Assembly (NCBI GenBank): GCA_034667005.1
Contig: JAXDKU010000139.1
Location: forward strand, 1-63,982
Length of the DNA: 63,982 nucleotides
DNA from: Chloroflexota bacterium
GTDB lineage: Bacteria; Chloroflexota; Limnocylindria; Limnocylindrales; CSP1-4
Direction: 5' to 3'
Below the pieces are notes generated by a model. It was not told the origin of the DNA. It made no database searches and was given only the letters and a program-made list of their open reading frames with translations. A program made the translations under genes and the position numbers. This document shows, piece after piece, positions 1 through 8,515 of the stretch (the first letter of the stretch is position 1; each line of letters opens with the position of its first letter).

Positions 1-509
1 GTCACACCGTGCCGTCCGGCGGTGCCGGGTCCGCCGTCGCGGCGTTCCCCAACGCGCGCTACCCCGTCCGGCAGCTCGAGTGGGACTACTGGATGGCGGA
101 TGCCCAGCGTGGCGAGCCGACCGTGGACGCCTGCGTCGTCCCGCTGGCCGCCTCAGGCCACCTGGAGATGGCCGGTGAGGGCTTCGCGGCGTCGCCGAGC
201 GTGCGCTACCTGGACACACCGGGCCACACACCCGGCCACGTCTGCATCGTGGTCGAGTCGGGAGACGAGGGCGCGATCATCACCGGCGACATCACGCACA
301 GCCCCGCGCAGGTGCAGCACCTCGACTGGGCAGACGCGATCGACACGGACCTCGAGGCGGGCGAGCGCAGCCGCCGGGAGGTCTTCGACCGCATCCATGA
401 CGACGGCCTCGCGATGTGCTCCGGCCACTACCCGTTCAACGAGGGGCTGGGCCGGCTGGTCCTCGTCGAAGGCCGCCGGGTGTGGCAGGGGATCAGCCTC
501 CGCGGCTGA
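1..509 (+). CDS. MBL-fold metallo-hydrolase, C-terminal fragment (5' end outside window)
   Basis: The frame of ORF 9..509 stays open to the window edge. DTPGHTPGHV, ITGD and SGHYPF motifs fit the metallo-beta-lactamase fold. It is a clear paralog of the CDS at 2491..3333 (shared EWDYW, TPGHTPGHV, FDRI..DG). Confidence 0.75.
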   Translation, partial: HTVPSGGAGSAVAAFPNARYPVRQLEWDYWMADAQRGEPTVDACVVPLAASGHLEMAGEGFAASPSVRYLDTPGHTPGHVCIVVESGDEGAIITGDITHSPAQVQHLDWADAIDTDLEAGERSRREVFDRIHDDGLAMCSGHYPFNEGLGRLVLVEGRRVWQGISLRG

Positions 510-529
510 TCCCCCGGGCGGCTCGGCCC

Positions 530-1495
530 CTACGCGAAGGGCTTGCGCTGGCGCTCCTTGGCAACCACGAACACGGCGCGGCCACGGGCGACCTCCATCG
601 CCGGCTCCAGGATCTCCGCGCCGCCGCCGAACTCCGAGTCGGCGGCGCTGTCGAACTGGACCTGGGACCCGTCGATCACCTTCTCGACCACGAAGTCCAT
701 CGTCCGGGACGTCTCCCCGATGCGGACGATCTCGCCGCGGAGGCGCACCCAGTCCGCGGAGAAGACGGGGCCCGTGAAGTCGACGTCGTAGTGGGCCAGC
801 GGGCCGAAGTCGCCGTCGAGCCGGATGGCGATCTCGCTGAGCAGCCAGCCGACCTCCTTCATCACCCACCAGCCGCCCACGAATCCGCGCGGTCCGCCGC
901 CCCACTCCTCGTGGACCTTCTCGACCATCTCGGCCTTGTACCGATCGTCCGGCAGCGTGGACACGTCCACGACGCCCGGGGTGAGCGGCGGCAGGGCGTA
1001 CTTGAAGGTCGCGGGCGGGACCTGGTCCTCCGGGACGTCGATCCAGGGAAGCGGCTTCCGCTGCCGGGACTTGGGCACCACGATGACGAACTGACCCCGC
1101 AGCGCCGGCACGGGCGGGTCGAGGATCACGGCGCCGCCGCCGTACTGCTCCTCGGGCAGCGTGTCGAAGACGATGTGCGAGCCGTCGATATACCGCTCGA
1201 CCTCGAAGTCCACGGTGCGCGCGGTGTTGCCGATGCGGCTGACCTCACCCTTGATGCGCACCCAGTCGCCCGCAAAGATCGGCGACAGGAAGTCCACGTT
1301 GTAGTGCGCCAGCAGCGAGGTGTCGCCGTCGAGCTTGATGCCGACCATGCTCGCCAGCCAGCCGACCTCCTTCAGCGCCCACCAGCCGCCGACCAGGCCG
1401 CGAGGGCCGCCGCCCCACTGCTCGTGCACCTTCTCGGTCATCTCGGCCGTCACCCGGTCCGCGGGGAGGCTCTGCAAATCGACGATCTTGACCAT
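530..1495 (-). CDS. Fused tandem hotdog-fold protein with two beta-alanyl-CoA / 3-aminobutyryl-CoA ammonia-lyase (Acl/Kal)-like domains
   Basis: Lies in ORF 530..1681. The chosen start is ATG 1495 (MVKIVDLQSLP), preceded by GGAGAGGG; the longer N-terminus looks non-coding. There are two internal copies of EKVHE(Q/E)WGGGPRG.VGGWW ... LDGD...LAHY.VDF..P.F..DWVR..GE..RIG.T.RT.DF.VE. Each copy ends in a K.RQRKP tail, the pattern I recall for Acl/Kal hotdog lyases. Confidence 0.7.
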   Translation of the reverse strand: MVKIVDLQSLPADRVTAEMTEKVHEQWGGGPRGLVGGWWALKEVGWLASMVGIKLDGDTSLLAHYNVDFLSPIFAGDWVRIKGEVSRIGNTARTVDFEVERYIDGSHIVFDTLPEEQYGGGAVILDPPVPALRGQFVIVVPKSRQRKPLPWIDVPEDQVPPATFKYALPPLTPGVVDVSTLPDDRYKAEMVEKVHEEWGGGPRGFVGGWWVMKEVGWLLSEIAIRLDGDFGPLAHYDVDFTGPVFSADWVRLRGEIVRIGETSRTMDFVVEKVIDGSQVQFDSAADSEFGGGAEILEPAMEVARGRAVFVVAKERQRKPFA

Positions 1496-1690
1496 CTCGT
1501 CCCTCTCCGATCGGCCGACGCCGATCTCCAACTGTGCGGGCCCGATAAAACAACGTATGCAACATTGTCGAAATGCTGCGGGATTTCGCGGCCCGGACTC
1601 GTACCTGGATGGAACACCGATTGCGATCTTCCCGAACGTAGGGCCGATGCATTGCCGGTGACGGTCCGGAAACTTCAACAAACATTCTGC

Positions 1691-1732
1691 TTGCGAATAC
1701 CGGCCCGACCGTGATAATAGCTGTCAGACAAC
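1691..1732 (+). promoter_or_regulatory. Candidate promoter of the GntR gene (TTGCGA-N16-GATAAT) followed by operator-like GTCAGACAAC
   Basis: TTGCGA is at 1691..1696, GATAAT at 1713..1718 and GTCAGACAAC at 1723..1732. The last contains the palindrome TGTC-A-GACA and ends about 25 nt before the ATG at 1757. Confidence 0.4.
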
Positions 1733-1756
1733 TCAAGCGTCAAGGTCCGGAGGCCC

Positions 1757-2491
1757 ATGGTCACGCATTCGAGACCCTCGTCGTATGCGGTCGCAATGGA
1801 AGTGCGCCGCTGGCTGCGCGAGGGCACCTACCAGCCCGGGGAGCAGCTGCCGCCGGAGCCGGCGCTGGCGACCCAGCTGAACACCAGCCGGGTGACGCTC
1901 CGCGAGGCCCTCCGGGAGCTCCAGCAGGAGGGCCTGCTCCAGCGCCGCCACGGCGTCGGCACGTTCGTCTCGGAGCCGGGCCGGATGAAGGAGAGCCTGC
2001 ACCTGAATTTCGGGGTGACGCACCTCATCCGGCAGATGAACCGGGATCCGGGCACGAAGGAAGCCAGCTACCACGAGGAGAAGGCGAGCGACCTGATCCG
2101 CGAGCACCTGGAGCTCGAGGATGACGACGACACGGTCATCGTCCTGGAACGGGTCCGCACCGCGGACAACCAGCCCGTCGTCTACTCGCAGGACTACGTG
2201 CCGCGGAGCCTGGTCCCGAACGGCGCGCTGCCCGTGGGAGAGTCCATCTACCGCTTCCTGCGTGACGTCTGCGGGCGCACGGTCGTCTTCGGCGAGGCCC
2301 ACGTGAAGCCGGGCCTCGCGGACAAGCGCATGGCCAAGCTGCTGGACGTCCGCGTCGGCGAGCTGCTGCTGGTGCTCGACCAGATCGACTTCGACGAGCG
2401 CAGCCAGCCGGTCCTGTTCTCCCGCGAGTGGCACCTGGCCAGCGCGTTCGACTTCGTCATCCTGAGGAGAGACGCCGGGCTCGAGAGCTGA
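1757..2491 (+). CDS. GntR-family transcriptional regulator (HutC-like: N-terminal wHTH plus UTRA-type effector domain)
   Basis: ATG is preceded by GGAGG. QLPPEPALATQLNTSRVTLREALRELQQEGLLQRRHGVGTFV is a typical GntR HTH. A C-terminal domain of about 150 aa follows. The stop overlaps the next start (TGATG). Confidence 0.9.
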   Translation: MVTHSRPSSYAVAMEVRRWLREGTYQPGEQLPPEPALATQLNTSRVTLREALRELQQEGLLQRRHGVGTFVSEPGRMKESLHLNFGVTHLIRQMNRDPGTKEASYHEEKASDLIREHLELEDDDDTVIVLERVRTADNQPVVYSQDYVPRSLVPNGALPVGESIYRFLRDVCGRTVVFGEAHVKPGLADKRMAKLLDVRVGELLLVLDQIDFDERSQPVLFSREWHLASAFDFVILRRDAGLES

Positions 2492-3333
2492 TGCTCTCCG
2501 TCCGGACCGTTCGGGTCGGCGATGTCGAGGTCGCCATCCTGCGGGACACCTCCATCCCGAATCCCGTCGAGGAGGCGGTCCCGGCCGGCGCGGTCGAGGC
2601 CCTCCGCCGGGACTACCCGGAGCTGATCGCCGACGACGGGCGGATCTGGGTGCCGGTGACGTGCTACCTCGTGCGCACGCCGCAGCGCACCGTCCTGGTC
2701 GATTCCGGAGTCGGTCCCCGCCCCCGCTGGGACTGGGGCACGGGCTCCCTGGACGCCCGGCTGCGTGAGATCGGCGTCTCCCCGACCGAGGTGGACCTGG
2801 TCGTGAACACGCACTTTCACGACGACCACGTCGGCTGGAACACCGTCGACGGTGAGGATGGCTCGCCACGTCCGTTTTTTCCGCGCGCGCAGTTCGTTTG
2901 GCAGCAGACGGAATGGGACTACTGGGTGCAGCCGGAGCGCATGGCCGAGGCCCACAACGAGTACATCGCCGAGTGCGTGGGAGCGCTGGCAAATGCCAAC
3001 GTGTCGTTCGTGGACGGAGAGGCGGCCATCACGCCGGAATTGACGTTCGTGGCCACCCCGGGTCACACGCCCGGCCACGTCGCGATCGGCATCCAGTCCG
3101 CCGGCGAGCGTGCCCTGATCGTGGGCGACGCCTCGCACTTCGAGGCGCAGCTGGAGCACCCGGACTGGTCGCCGTCGTGGGACGTGGACCCGGACCTCGC
3201 CGCGGACACCCGCCGCAGCCTGTTCGATCGAATCTCTGGCGATGGAACCGTGCTGATGGCCGGCCACTGGCCGTTCCCCGGCTACGGCCGGGTCATCCGG
3301 CTCGCGGACCGGAGGGTCTTCCAGGCCGGCTGA
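2491..3333 (+). CDS. MBL-fold metallo-hydrolase (lactonase-like)
   Basis: Lies in ORF 2428..3333. Start ATG 2491 overlaps the GntR stop by 1 nt. HFHDDHVGW (HxHxDH zinc motif), TPGHTPGHV and MAGHWPFPG are present. Confidence 0.85.
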   Translation: MLSVRTVRVGDVEVAILRDTSIPNPVEEAVPAGAVEALRRDYPELIADDGRIWVPVTCYLVRTPQRTVLVDSGVGPRPRWDWGTGSLDARLREIGVSPTEVDLVVNTHFHDDHVGWNTVDGEDGSPRPFFPRAQFVWQQTEWDYWVQPERMAEAHNEYIAECVGALANANVSFVDGEAAITPELTFVATPGHTPGHVAIGIQSAGERALIVGDASHFEAQLEHPDWSPSWDVDPDLAADTRRSLFDRISGDGTVLMAGHWPFPGYGRVIRLADRRVFQAG

Positions 3334-3375
3334 GCCGTTCCGCGGAGACGTGCCCCTTCCGGGGGTGCCGCCCCG

Positions 3376-5415
3376 CTACCGGTAGGGCAGCGCGTCCAGG
3401 ACGGCCGCGCCGGACTCCCAGAGCGCCACGGGGTTGACCTCGAGCTCGCGCAGGTCCGACAGGTCGCTGGTGAAGAGCTGCGCCAGCAGCATCGCCGACT
3501 CCGCGAAGCGCTCCACGTGGGCGGGCTTCTGGTCTCTGAGCCGCTGGCCGACATTGGTCTGGAACAGCAGGTTCCTGGCGTCCTCGGCCGTCTTCGGAAG
3601 GCGGCCCACGGCGACGTCGCTGTCCTCTTCCACGTCCGTGCCACCGGCACCGACCATCCAGCCGCTGCCCTCCCGGCCGTCCCGCCAGAGCGAGACGATC
3701 AGCTCCTCGTCGTGGCGGACGAGCGGGCCGACGCGGATGAGCGGCTCCGTGCCATGCTTCCTGGCCACGGCCGCGAGGCGGTCCCAGGCGGCCGGCAGCT
3801 GCTCCCCGCTGAGCCCGACCTCGATGCCGCCGATGCGCACCTTGTGCGCGAACGCGTCGAGCCGCAGGACCCAGGGGCCCGGATCCGACGTGGGCAGCGC
3901 GTCGCGCTCGACCAGGTGGCCGATGCCGTGCGCGATGCCGGCCCGGTCCAGGACCTGGACGATCCGCTCGGTCTGCTCCGCGAGCTCGCGATCCGCGGCG
4001 TCGGGCGCGTGGGCCGCGGTCCTGGCCGCCGAGTCGCCGAGGGCGGTGGTCCGGGCGCGCAGCACTGCGACGGTCTCCGACGGCCACTCGACCGCGGGCA
4101 CGCCGGCGGCGCGCAGCACGGTGAGGGCTTCGGAGTCCTCGGTGGCGTACACGGTCTGCACCACGACGGGCGTCGGGTCCTTCGCGGCGCGTTCGGCGAT
4201 GCGCCGCGCCGCGCCGAGCTCGACCTCTCCGAGCTGCTCGTCGAAGAAGAGCCGGTAGCCGCCGAACATGCCGCCGATCACGGCCGCGTCGTACTCGCCG
4301 GAGTCGAGGACGGTCTCCAGCATCGGCGCGTAGATCGAGGGATCCCGGTCCGCGCGGCCCTGGAGGTCGAGCGGGTTCACCCCGGCGATGTCCTCGCCCA
4401 TGAACGTGGCGAGCTTGGCCGCCAGGTCCGCGCTCGGACGAACGAGCGTGAAGCCCGCTCGCTCCAGGCCGTCGGCCAGCAGGACCGAGTGGCCGCCGCC
4501 GTCGCAGAGGACGTACACCTTCTTCACGGCGACCCGCTGGCGCCGGACGCCACCCGCGACGGCCGCCGCGGCGAGCTCGAGCCGTTCCTCGACCACGACG
4601 CCCGAGTCCCGAAGGAGCCCCGCGACGCGGTCCCAGCGGCTGATGATCGAGCCGGTGTGCGAGCGCGCGGCGCTCTGGCCCGCCGTCGTCCGGCCGGCGA
4701 GCAGCGCCACGACGGGCACCTGCTGCGACAGCTCGGACAGCAGGTCGAGGAAGGCCTCGCCCTCGTCCAGCCGCTCGAGATAGAGCAGGATCGCCTGGGT
4801 CGACGGCCGCTCCCCGAGCGCCCGGAGCGAGTCGGTGAAGCCGACGTCGATCTTGTTGCCGAGGGCCATCAGCACGTCGAAGCCCGAGCCGAGCTCCGTG
4901 AGACGCCTGGCGACCTGCTGGGCGAGGCCGCCCGACTGGCTGACGAACGAGACGCCACCGCGCGTGAAGCCCGGCATCGTCGTGACGTTGAGCTTGTTGG
5001 GGCTCGAGTAGAAGCCGACGCAGTTGGGCCCGATGACCCGCACGCCGGTGTCGCTGATGGCCTTCCGAAGCTGGCCGTCCAGCTCCGCGTTGCCGACCTC
5101 GTTGAACCCGCCCGCCTCCACGACGGCCGCGCCGATTCCCAGCTCGGCGAGCTGCTCGATGATGCCGGGGACCGTCGGCGCCGGCGTGGAGATGACCGCC
5201 AGGTCCGCGCCCTTCGCGTGACTCGCATCCACGAGGGGCCTGCCGAAGGCAGTCCCGCCGCGTGGGTTGACCAGCGTGAGCCGGCCCTCGTACCCGTCGG
5301 CGAGGAGCTTGTCCACGACGTTGTAGCCCCATTTCCCGGGGGTCGCCGACGCGCCGAAGATGGCGACGTGGTCGGCGTTCAGGGCGCGCGCAAAAGCGTC
5401 GTCGGCGCGGGTCAC
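3376..5415 (-). CDS. ADP-forming (NDP-forming) acyl-CoA synthetase, fused alpha/beta type (CoA-binding, succinyl-CoA-synthetase-like and ATP-grasp domains)
   Basis: 679-aa ORF with a GTG start and AGGAG upstream. The N-terminus reads VAIFGASATPGKWGYNVVDKLLADGYEG.L..VNPRGG. It also carries GPNCVGF, SQSGG and a C-terminal ATP-grasp-like part. It sits 20 nt downstream of the hotdog gene. Confidence 0.85.
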   Translation of the reverse strand: MTRADDAFARALNADHVAIFGASATPGKWGYNVVDKLLADGYEGRLTLVNPRGGTAFGRPLVDASHAKGADLAVISTPAPTVPGIIEQLAELGIGAAVVEAGGFNEVGNAELDGQLRKAISDTGVRVIGPNCVGFYSSPNKLNVTTMPGFTRGGVSFVSQSGGLAQQVARRLTELGSGFDVLMALGNKIDVGFTDSLRALGERPSTQAILLYLERLDEGEAFLDLLSELSQQVPVVALLAGRTTAGQSAARSHTGSIISRWDRVAGLLRDSGVVVEERLELAAAAVAGGVRRQRVAVKKVYVLCDGGGHSVLLADGLERAGFTLVRPSADLAAKLATFMGEDIAGVNPLDLQGRADRDPSIYAPMLETVLDSGEYDAAVIGGMFGGYRLFFDEQLGEVELGAARRIAERAAKDPTPVVVQTVYATEDSEALTVLRAAGVPAVEWPSETVAVLRARTTALGDSAARTAAHAPDAADRELAEQTERIVQVLDRAGIAHGIGHLVERDALPTSDPGPWVLRLDAFAHKVRIGGIEVGLSGEQLPAAWDRLAAVARKHGTEPLIRVGPLVRHDEELIVSLWRDGREGSGWMVGAGGTDVEEDSDVAVGRLPKTAEDARNLLFQTNVGQRLRDQKPAHVERFAESAMLLAQLFTSDLSDLRELEVNPVALWESGAAVLDALPYR

Positions 5416-5435
5416 GGCTCTTCTCGCTCCTGGCG

Positions 5436-5852
5436 CTAGAACGGCTTGCGCTGCTTGTCCTTCTTGACCACGATGACCGACTGGCCCTTGATCACCACGC
5501 GGGGCTCGTCAAGGTAGTCGGCCTCGGAGAACGGCAGGTCGGGCCGCGAGTCGATGACCTTCTCGACCAGCACGTCGATCGTCCGCGAGGTGTTCCCGAT
5601 CTTGACGATCTCGCCCGTGAAGCGAAGGTAGTCGCCGGCGTAGACGGGCTCGATGAAGGCGAGGTTGTGGTTCGCCAGCAGCGAGAGGTCTCCATCGAGC
5701 TGCACGCCGAGGGCGGTCACCAGCTCTCCGATGATCCGCACGGACCACCAGCCGCCCATGAAGCCCTCGGGCCCCTCGCCGTACTCCGCGGCGACGCGCA
5801 TGTAGATGACGGCCTTCTTTCGGCTGTCGGGCAAGCTTGCAAGATCGGCCAC
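5436..5852 (-). CDS. Hotdog-fold beta-alanyl-CoA / 3-aminobutyryl-CoA ammonia-lyase (Acl/Kal)-like protein, single domain
   Basis: Lies in ORF 5436..5897. I prefer GTG 5852 (VADLASLPDS) because GAGGAGG lies 5 nt upstream; ATG 5897 is the alternative. QLDGDLSLLANHNLAFIEPVYAGDYLRFTGEIVKIGNTSRTIDVLVEKVI ... VIVVKKDKQRKPF closely follows the Clostridium propionicum Acl / lysine-fermentation Kal pattern as I remember it. Confidence 0.75.
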   Translation of the reverse strand: MADLASLPDSRKKAVIYMRVAAEYGEGPEGFMGGWWSVRIIGELVTALGVQLDGDLSLLANHNLAFIEPVYAGDYLRFTGEIVKIGNTSRTIDVLVEKVIDSRPDLPFSEADYLDEPRVVIKGQSVIVVKKDKQRKPF

Positions 5853-5903
5853 GGAACCCTCCTCATCACTCACGGTCGCGACGAAACGCCGCGACACTAT
5901 CAG

Positions 5904-5926
5904 GTTGTCAGACGTCTGTCCATCAA
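5904..5926 (-). promoter_or_regulatory. Operator-like site GTCTGACAAC (minus strand) between the CoA-transferase stop and the hotdog start
   Basis: The plus strand reads GTTGTCAGACGTCTGTCC from 5904 and contains the perfect 10-bp palindrome CAGACGTCTG. A possible -35 TTGATG (minus strand, 5926..5921) overlaps the upstream stop codon. No convincing -10 is present. Confidence 0.3.
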
Positions 5927-8340
5927 TTCGGAGCGCCGATGATGCGGTCCGGCTCCTCGTACAGAAGCCCCGCCTCGCGCAGGCTGTCGACGCGTTCCTG
6001 ACCGTACCCCAGACGCCCCAGGAGCACCTCGTCGTTGTGCTGTCCGAGCAGGGGCGTGGCGCCGACCCGGATGGGCGTCCGCGACAGCCGCAGCGGCGTG
6101 GCGATCGACATGAACCGGCCGCCGCCCGGATACGCCACGTCGCGAACCATCTCGCGCGCGGCGATCTGGGGGTGCTCCACCGCGTCGCTCGAGCTCAGCA
6201 CCGGCGATGCCAGGACGCCCGCACCGGACAGCGCGTCGAGCGCGGCAGCCTCCGTCGGGCAGGCTGCCAGCCAGGCTTCCACGAGGCCGGTGAGCTCGGC
6301 ACCGTGCCGCACCCGCTCGACGGGATCCGTGAAGCGCGGATCCGTCGCGAGGTCGTCTCGCCCCATTCCACGCAGCAGGCGCACCAGCCCGGAGTCGGAG
6401 CCGGCGCCGTCGAGCTGCACGACCAGGAACCGCTCGGGCCCGCGAACCGCGAGGCTGTCGCCGGCGTGGTGGATGCTCCCCGACCGGGTGGGGCGGTAGG
6501 TGCCGCCGGAGGCCGCCACGGCGGGCAGCGTCATGCAGTCGGAGCCGAAGACCGTGTCCATCAGCGAGAGGTCCAGGTGCTGCCCCTGCCCGGTCCGGCC
6601 GCGGCGGTACAGCGCGGCGCTGACCGCGATCGCCGACGACGTTGCCGTGAGCGTGTCGCACGGTGCGCTGCGATCCAGGTAGGGGGTCTCCCCCGGCTGG
6701 CCGATCATGGAGGCGACGCCCGTCCAGCTCTGCATGGCCGGGTCCGTGGCGCGGACCGAACGCCAGGGTCCGTCCTGGCCGAAGCCGCTCACCGAGCTCA
6801 TCACCAGGCGGGGGTTCAGCACGCGCAGCGTGTCGTAGCTGAGGCCCATCTTCTCCATCGTTCCAGGCGTGAAGTTCTGGATCAGGACGTCCACGTGCGG
6901 GATCAGGTCCAGGATCACCTCGCGGCCGCGCGGGTCCGTGACGTCGACGCAGAGGCTCTTCTTGCCGGCCGACGTGAACGCGAACGAGGCCCAGGGCTCG
7001 AGGCCCGGCGCGGCGTACTCGCGCATCATGTCGCCGCCGGTCGGGCGCTCGACCTTGATCACCTCGGCGCCGAGGTCGGCCAGCAGGCGCGGCCCGTAGG
7101 GGCCCGCGACCGCCTGGGTCATCTCCAGGACGACGATGCCGTCCATCGGACGGTCCGACGCACCGGCGTCTCCGCGCGCGGCTGCCGGTGCGTTCTCGGT
7201 GCCGGCCGAACGCCACGCGGCCTCGCCCTCCCAGCCGCCGACGGCGGGCACGGGACCGACGGTGATCGGCGTGTCGGAGAAGCGGTACTGCGTGGCCGGC
7301 ACGAGGGTGGTGCCGCCGCCGGCAGCCGCGACCGTCCGGATGATGTTGCGTGCCTTGACCTGGGGGAGGTCCAGCGTCTGCCACGGCTCGAGGACGCGGC
7401 CGGACACGACCTTCTCGCGCGTGAGGGTCTCGAGCGCGGCGTCGTCCGAGGGGAACGTCCCGAGCCAGCCCTGGATGATCTCGACCCAGCGATCCCAGTT
7501 CCGGATGCGCGCGGAGTCGGTCGCGAAGTCGGGGTCCGTCAGCAGGTCCTGGCGGCCCATGGCCATCGCGAGGCGGCCCCACATCGAGTCCTCGCCCTCG
7601 CCCCACACCTCGACGGTGATCCAGCCCTCGGGTCCGCGGTAGAGGCCAAGGGTGTCGGAAAAGCTCAGCCGGCCGATGGGCTGCGGGCGGTAGCGGCCGC
7701 GCTCCGAGGCGACCACCGGGTTCGTCTCGCAGTCCATGCCGAAGGCCACGTCCAGCATCGCGACGTCCAGGCGCTGCCCCAGGCCGGTGCGATCCCGGTA
7801 GATGAGCGCCTGGATGGTGGCCAGCGCCGCGTGCATGCCGGCCATGGTGTGCGGAAAGCCGGCTCCCGCCAGGTACGGCGCCTCCCCGGGCTCGCCGTTC
7901 ATGTAGGCGACCCCCGACATCGCCTGGATCATCGCCTCGCTCGCCGGCCGCCCCGCGAGCGGGCCGGTGAGGCCGAACGGCGTGACGGAGCAGACGACCA
8001 GGCCGGGGTTGTCGCGCTCCAGCTGCCCCACGTCCAGCCAGCCGGCGCGCTCGTCGAGCGCGGTGACGATCAGCACGTCGGCGGTCCTGGCGATCTCCGC
8101 GACGCGGCGGGCACCGGCGTCGTCCGCGGCGTCGAGCGCAAGGCTCTGCTTGCCGGCGTTGAACACCGGGAAGAGGTGCGCATGGGCCACGTCCCGCTCC
8201 TGCCGCAACGGGTCGCCGTCCGGACCGATCTCCACCTTGACCACCTCGGCGCCGAGGTCGGCCAGGATGCGTCCGGCCCACTGGCCCGAGAGGAGGTCCG
8301 CCACCTCCACGACGCGGACGCCATCGAGTGCACCCGACAT
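5923..8340 (-). CDS. Fused double family-III CoA-transferase (two complete CaiB/BaiF-type modules in one polypeptide)
   Basis: Lies in ORF 5923..8430. Start ATG 8340 (MSGALDGVRVVEV) follows GGAGAGGGGA. Module 1 begins LDGVRVVEVADLLSGQWAGRILADLGAEVVKVE. Module 2 begins MDGIVVLEMTQAVAGPYGPRLLADLGAEVIKVERP. Both continue with the usual family-III CoA-transferase layout. Confidence 0.85.
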   Translation of the reverse strand: MSGALDGVRVVEVADLLSGQWAGRILADLGAEVVKVEIGPDGDPLRQERDVAHAHLFPVFNAGKQSLALDAADDAGARRVAEIARTADVLIVTALDERAGWLDVGQLERDNPGLVVCSVTPFGLTGPLAGRPASEAMIQAMSGVAYMNGEPGEAPYLAGAGFPHTMAGMHAALATIQALIYRDRTGLGQRLDVAMLDVAFGMDCETNPVVASERGRYRPQPIGRLSFSDTLGLYRGPEGWITVEVWGEGEDSMWGRLAMAMGRQDLLTDPDFATDSARIRNWDRWVEIIQGWLGTFPSDDAALETLTREKVVSGRVLEPWQTLDLPQVKARNIIRTVAAAGGGTTLVPATQYRFSDTPITVGPVPAVGGWEGEAAWRSAGTENAPAAARGDAGASDRPMDGIVVLEMTQAVAGPYGPRLLADLGAEVIKVERPTGGDMMREYAAPGLEPWASFAFTSAGKKSLCVDVTDPRGREVILDLIPHVDVLIQNFTPGTMEKMGLSYDTLRVLNPRLVMSSVSGFGQDGPWRSVRATDPAMQSWTGVASMIGQPGETPYLDRSAPCDTLTATSSAIAVSAALYRRGRTGQGQHLDLSLMDTVFGSDCMTLPAVAASGGTYRPTRSGSIHHAGDSLAVRGPERFLVVQLDGAGSDSGLVRLLRGMGRDDLATDPRFTDPVERVRHGAELTGLVEAWLAACPTEAAALDALSGAGVLASPVLSSSDAVEHPQIAAREMVRDVAYPGGGRFMSIATPLRLSRTPIRVGATPLLGQHNDEVLLGRLGYGQERVDSLREAGLLYEEPDRIIGAPN

Positions 8341-8452
8341 TCCGGTCCCCTCTCCACAGTCCGATCCAGGGCTGCCGCCAGGCCGGCGCACACGCGGTCC
8401 GGCATGCCGCCCGACGGCCCGTGCGCCCACGGGAGAACCGGCCAGCGTCGGG

Positions 8453-8481
8453 AAGGTAGCATGTTGTCAGACGTCAATCAA
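8453..8481 (-). promoter_or_regulatory. Candidate promoter of the CoA-transferase operon (TTGATT-N17-TACCTT) with GTCTGACAAC in the spacer
   Basis: On the minus strand, TTGATT is at 8481..8476, TACCTT at 8458..8453 and GTCTGACAAC at 8472..8463. The region is shared with the divergent SDR gene starting at 8516. Confidence 0.35.
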
Positions 8482-8515
8482 TGCGCTCCGCGACGCGACT
8501 GAAAGAGGGGATTCC

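Noticed and set aside
5806-8502. 898-aa plus-strand ORF antisense to the CoA-transferase gene. The same applies to 3293..5332(-), 3517..5439(+), 8474..10450(-), 27814..29202(-), 29189..30976(-), 42927..44714(-), 44425..46248(+), 54665..56110(-), 57542..59422(-) and others.
   Set aside because: These have extreme Arg/Pro/Gly/Ala/His composition, no recognisable motifs and no RBS. Each is the mirror or shifted frame of a gene with clear family signatures. They are typical stop-codon-poor shadow ORFs of high-G+C DNA.
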